Source: Lytechinus pictus (lineage: Eukaryota). Taken from it: DNA of 64,000 bases. The notes under the pieces were generated by a model. That model did no database searches. It was given only the letters and a program-made list of their open reading frames with translations, and had not been told where the DNA came from. The translations under genes were made by a program, and so were the position numbers. Shown here in pieces: positions 50,460 through 63,437 of the stretch (positions are counted from its first letter, which is position 1; the number at the start of each line of letters is the position of its first letter). The DNA is taken from positions 21,516,001 to 21,580,000 of the forward strand of contig NC_087252.1 in assembly GCF_037042905.1 (NCBI RefSeq). Reading direction: 5' to 3'.

Positions 50460-53400
50460 TTAAGGGTAGGACGATAGCAATTGATTGTGATTGTTTTCTT
50501 TGAAGATACCATAGTGATATGAAAAATGAGCTTAGCTTTGCATTGATGTATAGTTGATGAAATTATGAAATAAAAATGGATGTAGAGTGAAAGAGGGAGA
50601 AAGGACAAGGTAAAAAAAAATACAGGGGGGGGGGGGTGGAGAGAGAGACAGAGAGAGACAGAGATAGTGAGACAGGTGAGAAAAGGATTTGTAAGCAGAA
50701 AATAGGTTTTAATCTATGTTTAGAAGTTGTATGAACTATTTTTTGTGTGTTGGAAATGAAATAAATATGAATTTGTGCTTGAACTTGATTAAAAGAATAA
50801 TAAAGAAGTGGATAGTTGAATGGATCATGAATATGATTTAGAAATAAACTGTAAAATTAGAAAAGGACAGCAGAGTTACCCTTGGTTGTCATTCTAGTAA
50901 AAAATGAACCACTCTTTTATGTCCTCGGGCCTTTGTATCGTGCCGACAAAGGCCTTCATTAGTAGTGCTAGCTTTCGGGAATTAATCGCTTGAAATCTAC
51001 TTGCGTCCGCATGCCTACACATGGCCCTTCTCAAAGCATTATCAGTGGACGTTCAGGTGCCGTCCAAATTGGGAGGAAAATATGAGAGTAATCGGCAATA
51101 AATGTAATGCGATTGGTTGGAGTTTATTTCTTAACGCTCGAAGAGTCACGATTAAGATCACCGCAAACAGAGCTCTGCTTGGTTATCATGCAAACGAGTC
51201 CGTTACACGTATCTGGCCTCGTAAGCCAACAACTTTTTTTCCCCCTCTCACCAAATGTGCGTGTACCACGTTTTTAAAACGTTAAAGGGTTAGGAGGAAA
51301 CGTCGGATGTGTGCTTACTGCATTCATGCGAGCCGTTGGACCAACATGACTTTCCTTTGATGCCGACCGACAAGCAGAATAAACACCGGCGGTAGCGAGT
51401 TTTGGTGAAGAGAGAAAAAAAGGGCTGGTTTTTGGAAAGCTCGTTTGGAGGTTTTATGAGAAACCGGGAGGTATGTGTGACATATAACCTGGTTATGTTT
51501 GATGTCTCTGGTGTTTAATGTTGGCATTATTTTTAGCCCTGGAGAAAGAAATATCAGAAGCTTAATTCATATTGCTTTACAAGCCTGAAGGGAATATCAT
51601 ATTATATCTAAATTTAGAAAAGAAGAGTGAGCAAGGAAACAAAATGAAGGATGTAAAAATACTGTGGAATGCAAACTTTATTATTATTATTTTGCATTGG
51701 ATATGAATTCAATATTCTGCCATTTGCACAATTGTATCTTTGTTATGTATATGTGTCCATTGTAACTTTAATTAGAGATATTTCTGGGTGAGACAAAACA
51801 GAATTTATGATAAAATGGAGAGTACCACATGTTCAATTGTCCTTTTTCCATGGAATATCTAATTGATATTTTTCAATTGAAAAAAAAAAATTATGATCAA
51901 CATAAGGAATAAGAGAAAGAACGAGAAAATAAAAGGTAATTGGAAGAGCAAAAAAAAAGAAAGAAAAGGGTTGTGTGGAATAGGGTGGCTATGAGAAAAC
52001 AAACTATCAATGCTAGAACAGAAGGAAAGGGTCTGGCAAAAAGACAAGCAAGTTTTGGAATGAATTTAAAAACAAAATCGGAATAGAAAATGAGGATAAA
52101 ATAATAAATTTTGAGTAAATATAAAGCTGTAGAGATGAAAAAGAATTTATAAAATAAAAAGAAAGATGATTGTAAATGAAAAGAAAAAAGGATGTTGAAA
52201 AGAGTGATGGAATGAAAGGTAAATAGAAAATGAGATAGAAAGACAGAGAGAAGTGGAAAGTAAATTCTATGAGAGTTCAGTATGAAACAAAGAAATATAC
52301 CATGAATTTCCCACAAAGAATTAATATCAATTGAAAAATAAGAAAGTCAGATCTTATCAAGATGGATGAAATATAGAAAATAAATTATTGTAAAATGGAC
52401 AGAATTACCATAGAAATTATAGAATAGTTCCTAAATCATGAAGTATATATAATCAAACAATTATACAGAGAGGGAGTTTAGGGTACAACAATTTAGCATG
52501 GTAAAACAATTTATCTTTCAATCAAAGCTCAAAGGCTTGGATCAGATAAAAGTAATATGACATTGACCTTTTAATGACAGCCATACTGCTTCTACCCTTT
52601 CAAATTTATTAATCTTCTTTAAAATCTCAATACTATTTTAATTTGCAAGCCACCCATTTGATTTTGTTGGTTTCGCCAAAGAGATTAGATGCGACGAATG
52701 AATTATTCTAGGGAAATCAAGGCTATTTAGTGATTACATTTTGATTGTAGGCCTACAATAGTATACACTATTTATAGGAATACAGTGTTTATGTTTACAG
52801 AGCTCTATTTCCTTTTCTTTATCTGTTTTGCTTTGAATGATAATTGAAAATTGGTTTGTAATATTTTATTTGTATTTCAGCAAGGTGGCAGTTAGTTCTA
52901 TATGAAGCTCGTTATGCATTTCTTGCTGTCTCCTCTATCTTTTAATCATTGATTTGCTTTGTGTTTAATTTTTATGAGAAATGAATGAAAATAAATGAAT
53001 ATGGATATTAAATATATTTCACAGTGTTGATTCACCCTCTATATTTTTAAACTGAATTTAGTTTTTAATGGAAGCTGATGGAAATGAATGTTAAGTGTTT
53101 TTCACAGTATGGATGATGCCACAGATGAGTATATTTTTCCTTGAAAATTAAGTGATAATAATATGCCTGTTTATTATTTTTGTTCAAATGGAAACTCATT
53201 AAAAAAAAATCTCTTTAAATTCTATAATGGTTGCTTTAACTCTTTGCACGCTGAATTAATATTTTCGTGGATAATAATGACAATTGTTTCCATGCTATTA
53301 TCTTTAATTCCAGATTTCCATATTGCACCATTGAAACTTATTATCATTATATAGATGCTATCCAAGAACCATTGGCTAATTTGAAGGTAGGGGAGAAAAC

Positions 53401-54639
53401 TAAATATTACGATTGCTGAATTTGATCGTACGAATGTGCAAGATTGCAACATCAGCGCGCAAAGAGTCAAATGACCAAACATATTAATAGCATTATTGAT
53501 ATTTTTGTTGTGATATCAGATGAAAATAGACACTCTTATTGATGTCTGTTTTTTATAATAATGAAATGCTCTAAATTTCAAAGAATAAAAGTAAACCCAG
53601 GTCAGATGTGAATAGTCACCAGTCGATTATTGGATTTATTTTCAATTGTAAGGATTAATTTGTTAATATCAACAGATTATATATCTAAATATGATGTTTG
53701 GTTTGTCATAGACACTCCATATCTGGCTATATTTTAATTCCTTTAGATATAGAGCATTTGATTGTTAACCCCCAAATATGCATTAAAATCACTGTTGAAA
53801 TTCTTTCATTGACAACCACCACTTAGATCAATCAAGCATTGAAATATGATTAATTAAGATTTTCATTTCTAAGCATTATACTTTTGAAATACTTTCGCAG
53901 AATATCTCAAAGGTTCTGCCCCAGTATGTCAAAATAGTAACTCCACCTCTAAAAGCTTGGTATTTAAAACAGAACTTGCTTTCATTCATTCATATCTATT
54001 CCTTTCCCAGAATAACAATTCGATCAATTAAATTCTGGATTATGAAAATAAAGTAAAAGGGCAATGGAATTCCCATGTGGGCCGAGATAATGTATATTCT
54101 TTCCCCTACAAACTCAATTTGAAGGATCTAATGCATTCAGCATACCAGATTTAGTGAATAGAGATGGCTTTTGGTATAATGTGCAATGTGATTTGTTTGC
54201 TGTATTTGGCTTGTGCTCTAAAGGTCAAGTTGATTAATTAGGACGACTTGTGACTGACAGAGGAATCGGTGAAGAAAAGGGAAAGGGATGGGAGAAAGAG
54301 CGAGAGAGAGAGAAATAAAGAGAGTGTAAGAGAGAAAGAGAAGATACTGACAGAAAAAGAAGGAATAGAGCGAGGAAAGATATTACAATGATTTCATTTT
54401 GACCATTCTCACTTTAAAAATGGTTTAAAATGGTTTAAAATACTTTGATAGATTTTCATGCGATTGGGTAAGTTCATCACTGTAGTGTATGAAATAAGAT
54501 GAAATTTTTTTTGTGGAAAAATCAGCAATAGGAAATGCAAAAGAAATCAGTTTATCACGATTTATTACGAGAGAGAGAGAGAGAGATAGAGAAACAAAAA
54601 TGGAAAGAACATTAGGATGAGAAGGAGACAGTGTGGGGC

Positions 54640-55000
54640 CAAAGGAGAAGGATACGAATGAAGAAAACAAGTAAAATAAGAGAAGAAGGAGAAGGGAAGA
54701 GAGAAGAAAATGAAGAGTGAAAGAAAAAGGATGACCAGAAGAAAATTGACAGAAGGAAAAAATAAGTAGGAGAAAGAGAAAGAGAAGAAAGAGACGATGA
54801 AAGCGGTGGAGAACTAGAAGAAAATGGATGGAGGGAAGAAAGAAGGGTAAAGAGGAGAAGGAGAAAGAGAGAAAAAAAGATTGCCAATTGGGAGAGAAAA
54901 GGGGAAGGATAGAGCAGTAGGAATGGAAGAGAAGGAAAAGGAATAGGGAAGGATAAAAGTATAGAGAAGAGAGAAAGGAAGATAGAGAGAGAGAGAGTGG
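54640..55000. repeat. GA-rich low-complexity tract
   Basis: Direct inspection. Confidence 0.88.
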
Positions 55001-55727
55001 GTGAAACTCTAGAAATATTCAGCCAATGTAGAACACATCTAGTTACAAGGAGCATGGGAGAAAGAGAACAAGAGGGGGGGGGGGCTTGTGATTAGGGGCT
55101 TTGCGGGAAATGTACGACGCAGGTTAAAAATGTAGCCAAAGTTCTGCCCTGCTTGTCACTAAAATGTCAATAAAACCAAATTTTTCTTCATTTCCCTTCA
55201 TTATTCTGCATGCGCCCGTGACGTAGCCCTAGACTTTCACTTAATTACAGGACCTCGTACACTGGTCGCTGCATGCAAGCGTACACGTCGACTTTAACCT
55301 CCTTGCACCTATTATCTCTGTGTTTGTGTGTAGGTATGCAGATATTCATATTGGTAGAAGAATATCTTACAATTTGTAGGGGAATGCAATATTTTGATGG
55401 ATTTCTCAATACTGCATTGGTTCCATGGAGTGGGGGTATTCAACCTCGGGTGACCTCTTGACGTTATTCCTAGGAGTCAAGTCAATATCTTTGTAGCTAC
55501 CTGAGATGTTTGTTTATCTTCTTAAAACCAACCCCAGACCTCTTTCCCAGGGTAATGATTGTTTAAGAGATGGGCAATATTCATAGCAAAAGGTGTAGCA
55601 ATAGAGGTACAGGGTCTTGTGCAGTTTCTCTTAGTTTAGAATGCTAGCAGTCACATTGGAATCTGATTAGAAAGAAAGAAAAGGCCTGATGAATATAATA
55701 AAAATGTTCATTTCTGGTGCAGGAGGG

Positions 55728-55890
55728 CAGGCATGGATCGGGGGGGGGGGGGGGGGGAGAGGAGGGTTGATGCAGGCGCACAATGTAAATGTTTAAAAAT
55801 TAATTTTGCTTGTAAAGCTTTTTGGGAGATGAAATATCCTTCGTTTAATACTAATGACCCCCTTTTCTGCTTGTCAATTTTTTTGGACAA
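55728..55890 (+). mobile_element. Degraded fragment of the 31164 hAT-like family
   Basis: CAGGCATGGATC-polyG .. GACCCCCTTTTCTGCTTGTCAATTTTTTTGGA. Confidence 0.45.
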
Positions 55891-56940
55891 ATTCACACCT
55901 TCACACAGGCAAAATTTTACGGGGTGTGAAGGTGTGTATTTGTCCAAAAATAGACTTATTAAATGCAGCTAATTATTGCACTCTCTAAATTGACAACCCA
56001 ATTAAGATGCCCAAATCACTGTTAAAAATGCAAATTGGCAGCTCTTTCTTAAAATGTGTCTATCATCTAACATTTTGATTGTTTAATCAGTATTTAATTT
56101 CATGTGCGCTGCAACCAGTTAGACTGCTTATAGTATCCAAATGTTTAAATGGTAACCATTTCTCACCTGCGTGGAGAGTGGCAAAAATAAATTAATGTCT
56201 CTGAAAAAAAAATTTGTTCAGTGAGACCTGAAGCGTAATACCTTGAAATCATGTTAATGAAACCACTAACCACTAAATCACTTATGAATACAAGGAAACA
56301 TGGTATAGGCAGGGTCAAACAAGAATTGCGCAATTGTTTTGCACAACATAATGATAAGACAAACAAACAACCACCAAACAAAAAAATACTCATAAAATGG
56401 ACGTCCAAAGTGACCCTTTTTATTGTGATACGACACAGGGGTTGATATTAAGGTAGGGTGTCAGATGTCATCAATTCACATTGACAAAATATCAGAGGAA
56501 AGACCAACCTTCGGGCTACTAAATTGGATCATAAATGACAAATACAATCATATTTATTCTTATGTTTTTAAACTCAAAAGCATGAAATGTATCTTGTTTC
56601 CATAAGGCCCTGTGGAATTGACTCCAGCTTCTTGTATAGTGCTTTTTTCCCTTCATGTATTTGGTATTCATTGATTTGAAAGGAATATGTATGATATGGA
56701 ATTCATTTGTATCATGAAATTCAGTCAATATTAATGCATGTGTTTAGTATACATACAGGAAGGCAATGCAAATAGTAACGTTTGCTATTAGAAACATTGC
56801 TGTCAATAAGGGAAGGTATTATTACATTTGATTTTAAACTGGGGCTTTTTATTATTTTGGGTCAACTTTAGCAACAATGGTAATAATTACAACAACACCA
56901 ACAACAAAAAATCACATATTCCATATGATGATGTAAGCCA

Positions 56941-57154
56941 GGGGGGTGTTTCACAAAGATTTAAGTATGACTTAAATCGCACTTAAATGCTGACGCGTAT
57001 CTTAAATGCAATGCGCAATCCAATTAATCAATATGCAGTAGTGCGCGTCCTCATGACACGATCTGACCGGTGCGGTCAAACCTCTCATACCGTACTCAAC
57101 TCGGTATTTAAGTGTGACTCTAAGTCATACTTAAATCTTTGTGAAACACCCCCC
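56941..57154. mobile_element. PIF/Harbinger-like palindromic MITE
   Basis: Collinear with 42355-42561 throughout. Confidence 0.88.
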
Positions 57155-57678
57155 TGGTTACATAAAATAGCAGATCACATGATGATTTTATTTCTGTTGA
57201 CTTTTTTTCAATTGTGTTGGGGCTCCTCAATTTTGATTTTTAGATCCAAAGTACCAAAATATATATTTTGGATTAAAATATACCCAGAATCATGGAAAGG
57301 GAAACTAACAGTCATTTTCATGTGGCCCAGGCAAAGGTCATCTAATAAACTGCATCAGTTTCAATGAAACTCATCTTTATCTACAGAAAGGGGATGGAAT
57401 ATGAGGATGAACTAGAGTAGATGTGTTTGACCCATTTATGCATATCAGATAGATTTTTCCCAGTCCCTACTAATCATACCGTCTCTGTTGAGTTTCATTT
57501 AGGAGGGAGGGGAGAGGGGGGGGGGGTGGGGGGGTTAGAGGGCTGTAAACAGATGTAAATTAGAGAAAAGGGGAAAGGTGGATGCACATTTGACACAAAC
57601 TCGTTTTTTTTCTTTAAGTTTAGTAGATCGTCCCATATGTCACTATTCCATTTCATTACTTGATAATATTAATGCACG

Positions 57679-57875
57679 GGTGACACAATCTTTGCTCCCA
57701 GTCTTAATATCTCAGAGGGCATGGGGTTAGAGTTAGGATTGTGATAGAGTTACTGGTTTAGAATAAAGTAAAGATAAGGATTAGGGTTTATTTAGTTTTA
57801 AAGGTTAGAATTTATGTTTTGCTTAACGTGCGGGTTTTCGATAAGAGCAATTGTCGGAGCACATGTCGTGGAACC
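57679..57875 (-). mobile_element. Merlin-like MITE with 8-bp TSD
   Basis: GGTGACAC .. GTCGTGGAACC; TSD AATGCACG (57671-57678) / AATGCATG (57876-57883); GTTAGG-rich core. Confidence 0.8.
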
Positions 57876-57951
57876 AATGCATGCGCTCCAAAGCGGTTTT
57901 CGGTGTGACGGATATGAATTAAAAATCTGTTAATTGGATAAATATACCAAT

Positions 57952-58611
57952 TACGACCAGCCATCCCCAAACCAACAATAAGTCGCACAAACTGAATTTT
58001 GAGATTTTAATCTAGTTTTACAAAAAAGCACAGCCATAGCTTTAATACAATATATAATTTGTCAAAATCGATCAACAATAACCAACTGAAATACTTGATT
58101 GAATGCAGAAGAAACAAAGCATGAGCTTCAGAAAATAAGGAGAAAACAACGTTTGAAGATTGTGTTCACTCAAGCACGAGATGTGCACACTGCAATTTCG
58201 ATTAAACTTCCAAGCAGTCCACAAAAAACTTGTGTCAAACAAACTCTTGTATCTTGTCTTCTAATTGAGTTTGCAATTTGAAATTTCGACAGCATTTAAA
58301 GAAAAATAAATACCCCTTTAGATAAGCTAATCTTTAAATTTCGGCTTTTTGAAGACCAATTTACTATTTTGACTATTACAGAGAACCTTCCCTGGTGACT
58401 TATTGGTAGTCTGCAGGCACATACCCTGATTGAAACTTTGATCAACAAGTGTGTCTCCATGCAAAGCCTAGCACATGCAAAACTTGGCGTTTCAATGCGA
58501 GAGGGCCTTCAGTACCCAAGGCATGAGTAGGCTGCAATTCAGACCCTTAACTTGAGTGAAGGGTTTGCGCAGCAGACTAAATTATTGGTGGTTTTGGGGT
58601 GGTGGGTCACA
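57952..58611 (+). mobile_element. TGTGACC-terminus element (family of 13475) with nested insertion in its right TIR
   Basis: Collinear with 13475-13945 apart from 58407-58579. Confidence 0.85.
58407..58579 (+). mobile_element. AcademH-like non-autonomous element, 9-bp TSD
   Basis: TAGTCTGC / GCAGACTA; TSD ACTTATTGG (58398-58406) / AATTATTGG (58580-58588). Confidence 0.82.
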
Positions 58612-58880
58612 ATTTATAATTAAGATTCAAGGATGAATTCTAGGTCTGAACTAGTCTATGTAAGTTACAGAGGATCAGGTTTAGATTACCACCAGTTTCA
58701 ATACAAAGGTAATTTGACTTTGACATTGAATTTAAATTTATTTTTCATATTTCACATGGGAACATAATACAAAAACAATATAACATCAGAAGATTCAAAA
58801 TTATATATAGATCAGACATGGCCTCACTCATCTAACTTAATTAGATAATACAGCGATTTGAAATCAAATACAACTTAAAA

Positions 58881-59077
58881 TATTGCGCCATCTATTGAGA
58901 AATAATCTATTCCGAGGCACATTGTTATTATAATTATAACCCCGGCTTTAGCTCGAGCTGCTTTTCAGCAATCAGTGCATTCAAGGAATTATATCCTGCC
59001 GGGTACCCATTCACCTCACCTGGGTTAAGTGCAGCACAATGTAAATTTCTTGCTGAAGGAAATTACGCCATGGCTGG
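58881..59077 (-). mobile_element. SINE family B, 5' truncated
   Basis: Reverse complement of 13038-13240. Confidence 0.88.
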
Positions 59078-60177
59078 CGTAAAATAATATAATATCCTCC
59101 ATAAATGTAAATGTATGCAAAATTATCATAATTTAATTTTCTGTGGGTGTTTTCTCTGCATAAATGATTAAAAATATCATCTTGGACAGCGGAAGGACAC
59201 CTAACTCTTATTTTTCCATATCCAGTGGCAGATATGCACACTCTCTACCCCTCCACCTTTTCATCTTTTACCTGAGGCCTTAGATATTCATATCGTGTCA
59301 GATATTCGGTAATCCTATCCGTCCTATTGGGTCAATCAAATCCGCATCCATCACGTGTATTCAACGGAGGAAAACCCGTGTCGCAGGGTTCGATTCCGGC
59401 TTCGGAGGGGTCGCTGTGGTGCCATTTTTTGTCAAGGTGTCGATGGAAGTGTATCCCGAATGTCGTGGGATTTTATTTGTGAAATCCAGAATCGGAGCTA
59501 TCGCAAGAGATGAATTATTCCAAGTTTTTGGCTTTTTTTGTTGAGGTGCGAGACAAATCCTTTGTCTATTATTCCAAATAGAAATTAGTCTTGTAAGGGA
59601 TAAGATACAGAAAAAGAATAATCGTCATTAAAAAGAAGGGTAATTTCTAGTTGTTATGCCTCTATCTACCTCATAATGATCAATAAGGGACAGTATTTGG
59701 TAAATTTTTCTTTGAGTGAAAAAGTAAATAAATCTATAGTATCGAATGGAAAATTACTTTGTGTGCAGTAATCTTTTTCTAAAATTCAGTCCAATTAAAC
59801 TCGTTTTTGCCATCTTAAAAGATAACATTTAAAAGAATACACTAATAAAGTGGGCATCTAGCAGGCCCTTCAGTATCTCTGGTGAGCATGGTTGTTTATA
59901 AATGGATGTCCCAAATTTGTGTTCTTATAAACTTTCCCCGAAAATATTCTGATATTCCTTGATAAAAAATTATAAACAAAGCTCCCTCCTTGTTCCCATC
60001 TCTCTTTCTGTCTCTCTCGCCCCGTCTCCCCTTTTCTCACTTTCTCTCTCTCTCTCCACCCTCTCGTAGACATCTTTCTATTTATTTTCTGTCTGATATA
60101 TCCCTTCCTCTCTTTTCTCTATATTTCTATCCTCTGTCATAGTAACTTGTTTTCCTCTTCCTGACTCTCTATCTCCC

Positions 60178-60672
60178 TTTATATCCTACATAAATTCAAT
60201 CCTGTATGCTGATTGGTTTAAATAACATCATGTGACCAAACATATCCCTTTTTTGCGATGATGTTGAAAATGAAACGCCTACTAAAGAATATTTACTATT
60301 CCGCGACGTCAATGATGGAATAGTGCACTATTTCATCATCGACGTCACAGATCGTGCAATCTCTTGGATGCACAGGCACGCGCAGGCACTAAAACGCATT
60401 CCGCTGAGGGTGTGGCTTCAGGAAAAGAAGGTTAGCGCAGCACATTATCTTTTGGTTCAGATAAAAACAGGATGAACTACAATCAAGATCTATTGTTCTA
60501 ACTTATTTAACGTAGGATATAAAACAAATATACCAGGCCTTAATTTCGAAAGTATAGAGGGAATTATTCGTCCTTGGTTGTACTGGTAAAATAACTATTA
60601 TACAGTTATGCCAGTCCAACCTCGGACAAATAATTCCTGTAATACTTATTCAAAGCCTGGTAAATTTGTATA
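60178..60672 (+). mobile_element. Crypton-like non-autonomous element with asymmetric inverted repeats
   Basis: TTTATATCCTAC (60178-60189) pairs with internal GTAGGATATAAA (60512-60523), followed by a ~150-bp terminal hairpin; no TSD. Confidence 0.6.
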
Positions 60673-62221
60673 CTGACTTGTAATGTTCCCTTTTTAATGT
60701 TCCCTTTTTCCTTTTCTCTCTTTCTCTAATCCCGTCTCTGTCTGCCCTCTGTCTAGGCATCCCTTTTATAGTAACATTGCAATGCATGAGATATGGTGTC
60801 TTCAACGTCACCATCGTCCTCTAATGACATTTTTGCCAAAATTATTCAAGATTTTCCAGCCAAAATGCGTCTCCATCCTACTGATAATATCTCGTCCTTG
60901 TCAACTGATTTTTTTATATTTATGTCGCAGCGTGACAGTTTGCATTACCCCAAATGCTACTCCAACCCTGAGAATACAAATCACAATTTCGAGAAAATGT
61001 CATTCTTGCAGACAGTCCGGCATAAATCTTTGAAGATTTAGATGCAGGGGTCTTGAGCCCCACGCTGTATGTCATAGAAATGATCGTTGGAAGTGTGATT
61101 TATGTGTTATGATATGGAGTCAATGTTATGAGGAGGTATCTCTCTCTTTTTTTTCTGTTTGTGGGACTAAAGATACCTTCTAGTATCAATGATAAAAAAT
61201 AGCAAGATAAAGCAAATAGGAACATACATGTAACTGCAAAGTAGTCATTCTTTCTATTCAGTGTAAACGGTGGAAATTGAAGGTCATTTACCTCAATTTA
61301 ATCAGCATCTTATTTCCAATATTGATATTAATATTGATGGTAATCTATTGATGTTAATATAATAGAATTTAGAATGTTAAGGTGGTGCAAAATAGATATG
61401 GGGTACATAATATAAGAGATTTATTTGGAAATAGAACAATAGACAGGGAGAGAGATAGGGACTGGAGAGATAAAAGAGAATATACATGTAAGAGCAAATA
61501 TTTCATTCAATTCAATAAAAAAATGGTTGTTATTGACGATCAAACATGTTAATAACTATAGCACATGAATAAACAGCCGGAGCTGGACAATTCATTTTTT
61601 TTTTGTGTTGGCACAATAAATAAATAAATTAAAAAAAGTAAAATGCAACAAAAATGCATACATTTTAAAAGGTAATGCAATTTTAGATGAAGCATACAAA
61701 GCAATGAATAAATGTAACATGATAATGCCAGACTTGAAGGAGAGGAGACTGGCACTTTATTTTAATGACAAAAGTGACTGTATGGTGGGTGGGGGTGACC
61801 ATTGTCCATTGCCTTTCCTGGTCGACGCACTCGTCTTTTGTTGAGTTTGTTTCATGTCAACCAAACAAGGCAATGGACTATTTTTAAATCTTGTTGTTCT
61901 TATTTGAAATTGGTAATAGTTGCTTTTTCGACAAAGAAATACTAGAGAAATACTAGGATATGCATAAGAAAATACATTAGCCATGATGCATTTACTATTT
62001 ATAAGTAGACATAAGTTGTTTTTCTTTTTTGACGAAATACTATTTTGTTTTTGTTTATATGCTTATATTCCTTGAATTGTATAGTATTTGTTTTGTATTA
62101 TTTTGTACTTCTTGTTTTGAACAAACTACTGGCGAATGCCAGTGACGTTCTGATAAATTAAATTCAATTCATATTTATTTGTGTGTAAAGGCAGAAAGAG
62201 AGGGAAAGAGAGAAAGTGCAA

Positions 62222-62264
<43 letters not shown>

Positions 62265-62924
62265 ATAGATAGGGAGAGAAAAGGAGAAAGAGAAAAAGCA
62301 CAAAGATTTAAAACAAAAGTTATAACCAGTTGCTTTAATCGCTTATAGTCATGAAATCATGATTGGCCCTTCAGCATGAAAATTACATACAAGCATCACG
62401 ATGAGCAACATCTTATGAACCCATACCCAGTTTCCCATCCCAACCTTGACATGTACATGCGTGCATGCATGTGCAATGCATGAACGTGGGCGGGCGGGGC
62501 AGGAATTGGGACCTAATCGTTGCCCCTGTATAAGTGATCCGTCATTACATCCCAATCATCCTTCCAATCCCCTCCCTCATCCCCCCTTCTCCTCGGAGGA
62601 CTGGAATTGGGTTAGCAACCGTTGCCGAGGGGCGAAGATGGTCGTCCCAGGATGCCAGAGCTCAGATGGATTTTTGGGGTGAAGAATAGCAATTTTGAGC
62701 AAATAGGAGAATGGGAAAGTGGAAGAAAAGGAGATGCGTTTTATTTGATGTGATTACCGTTTAAGGTCATTGAGGGGGATGTTCCATCTTAAAGGGGGAG
62801 ATGACACATTTTATGCAAGGTCAACTATACTTTTAAAAAAAAAATTGTTTTTGAATAGATGTACACTGGAAAGGAACAAGGAGGAGAGATGGGGGAAGGG
62901 AAAGTTAAAGGGACTGAGAGAGAT

Positions 62925-63437
62925 CAGGGTGAGAAGAAGAAGAAGAAGGAGGAGGAGGGGGAAGGATAATGAGAAGGAGGAGGAGGAGGGCGGGAAGGAT
63001 AAGCAGGATAAGGAGAAGAAGATGAAGAAGAACAATAATATGAAGAAGGGGAAGAATAATAAGAAGAACAACAAGAAAAGAAAAAAGAAGGAAGAGGAAA
63101 GAAGAAGAAGAGGAGGAGGAAGAAGAAGAAGAATGAGGAAGAAGGGGGAGGAGGAGGAAGAGAAGAAGAAGAAGGAGGGGGAGAAGGAGGAAGAGAGAGA
63201 GAGAGGGGAGAGAAGAAGAAGAAGAAAGAGAAGGAGAAGAAGAAGAAAAAGAAGGAGGAGGAGGAGGAAGAAGAATATGTAGAAGAAGAGAAAGAAGAAG
63301 AAGAAGAAGAAGAAGAGCAACAACAACAACAAGAAAAAGAAGAAAAAAAGAGGAAGAAGTAAGAGGAAGGAAGAAGAAGAAGGAAAAAGGAGAGGGAATA
63401 AGAAGAAGAAGAAGAAGAAGAAGGAAGAATAGGGAGG
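62925..63437. repeat. (GAA/GAG)n purine microsatellite
   Basis: Direct inspection; explains the poly-Arg/Lys/Glu and poly-Phe/Ser/Leu ORFs. Confidence 0.95.

Noticed and set aside
60757..61033. Pyrimidine tract plus AG followed by an open phase-1 frame
   Set aside because: Translation is not protein-like, ends in a stop with no good donor, and the tract is low-complexity.
62040..62172. Possible LINE 3' tail (ACTGGC-GAAT-GCCAGT hairpin, AT-rich end); similar hints at about 20570, 22050, 50700, 52870
   Set aside because: No reverse-transcriptase remnant or second copy visible; needs a repeat library search.
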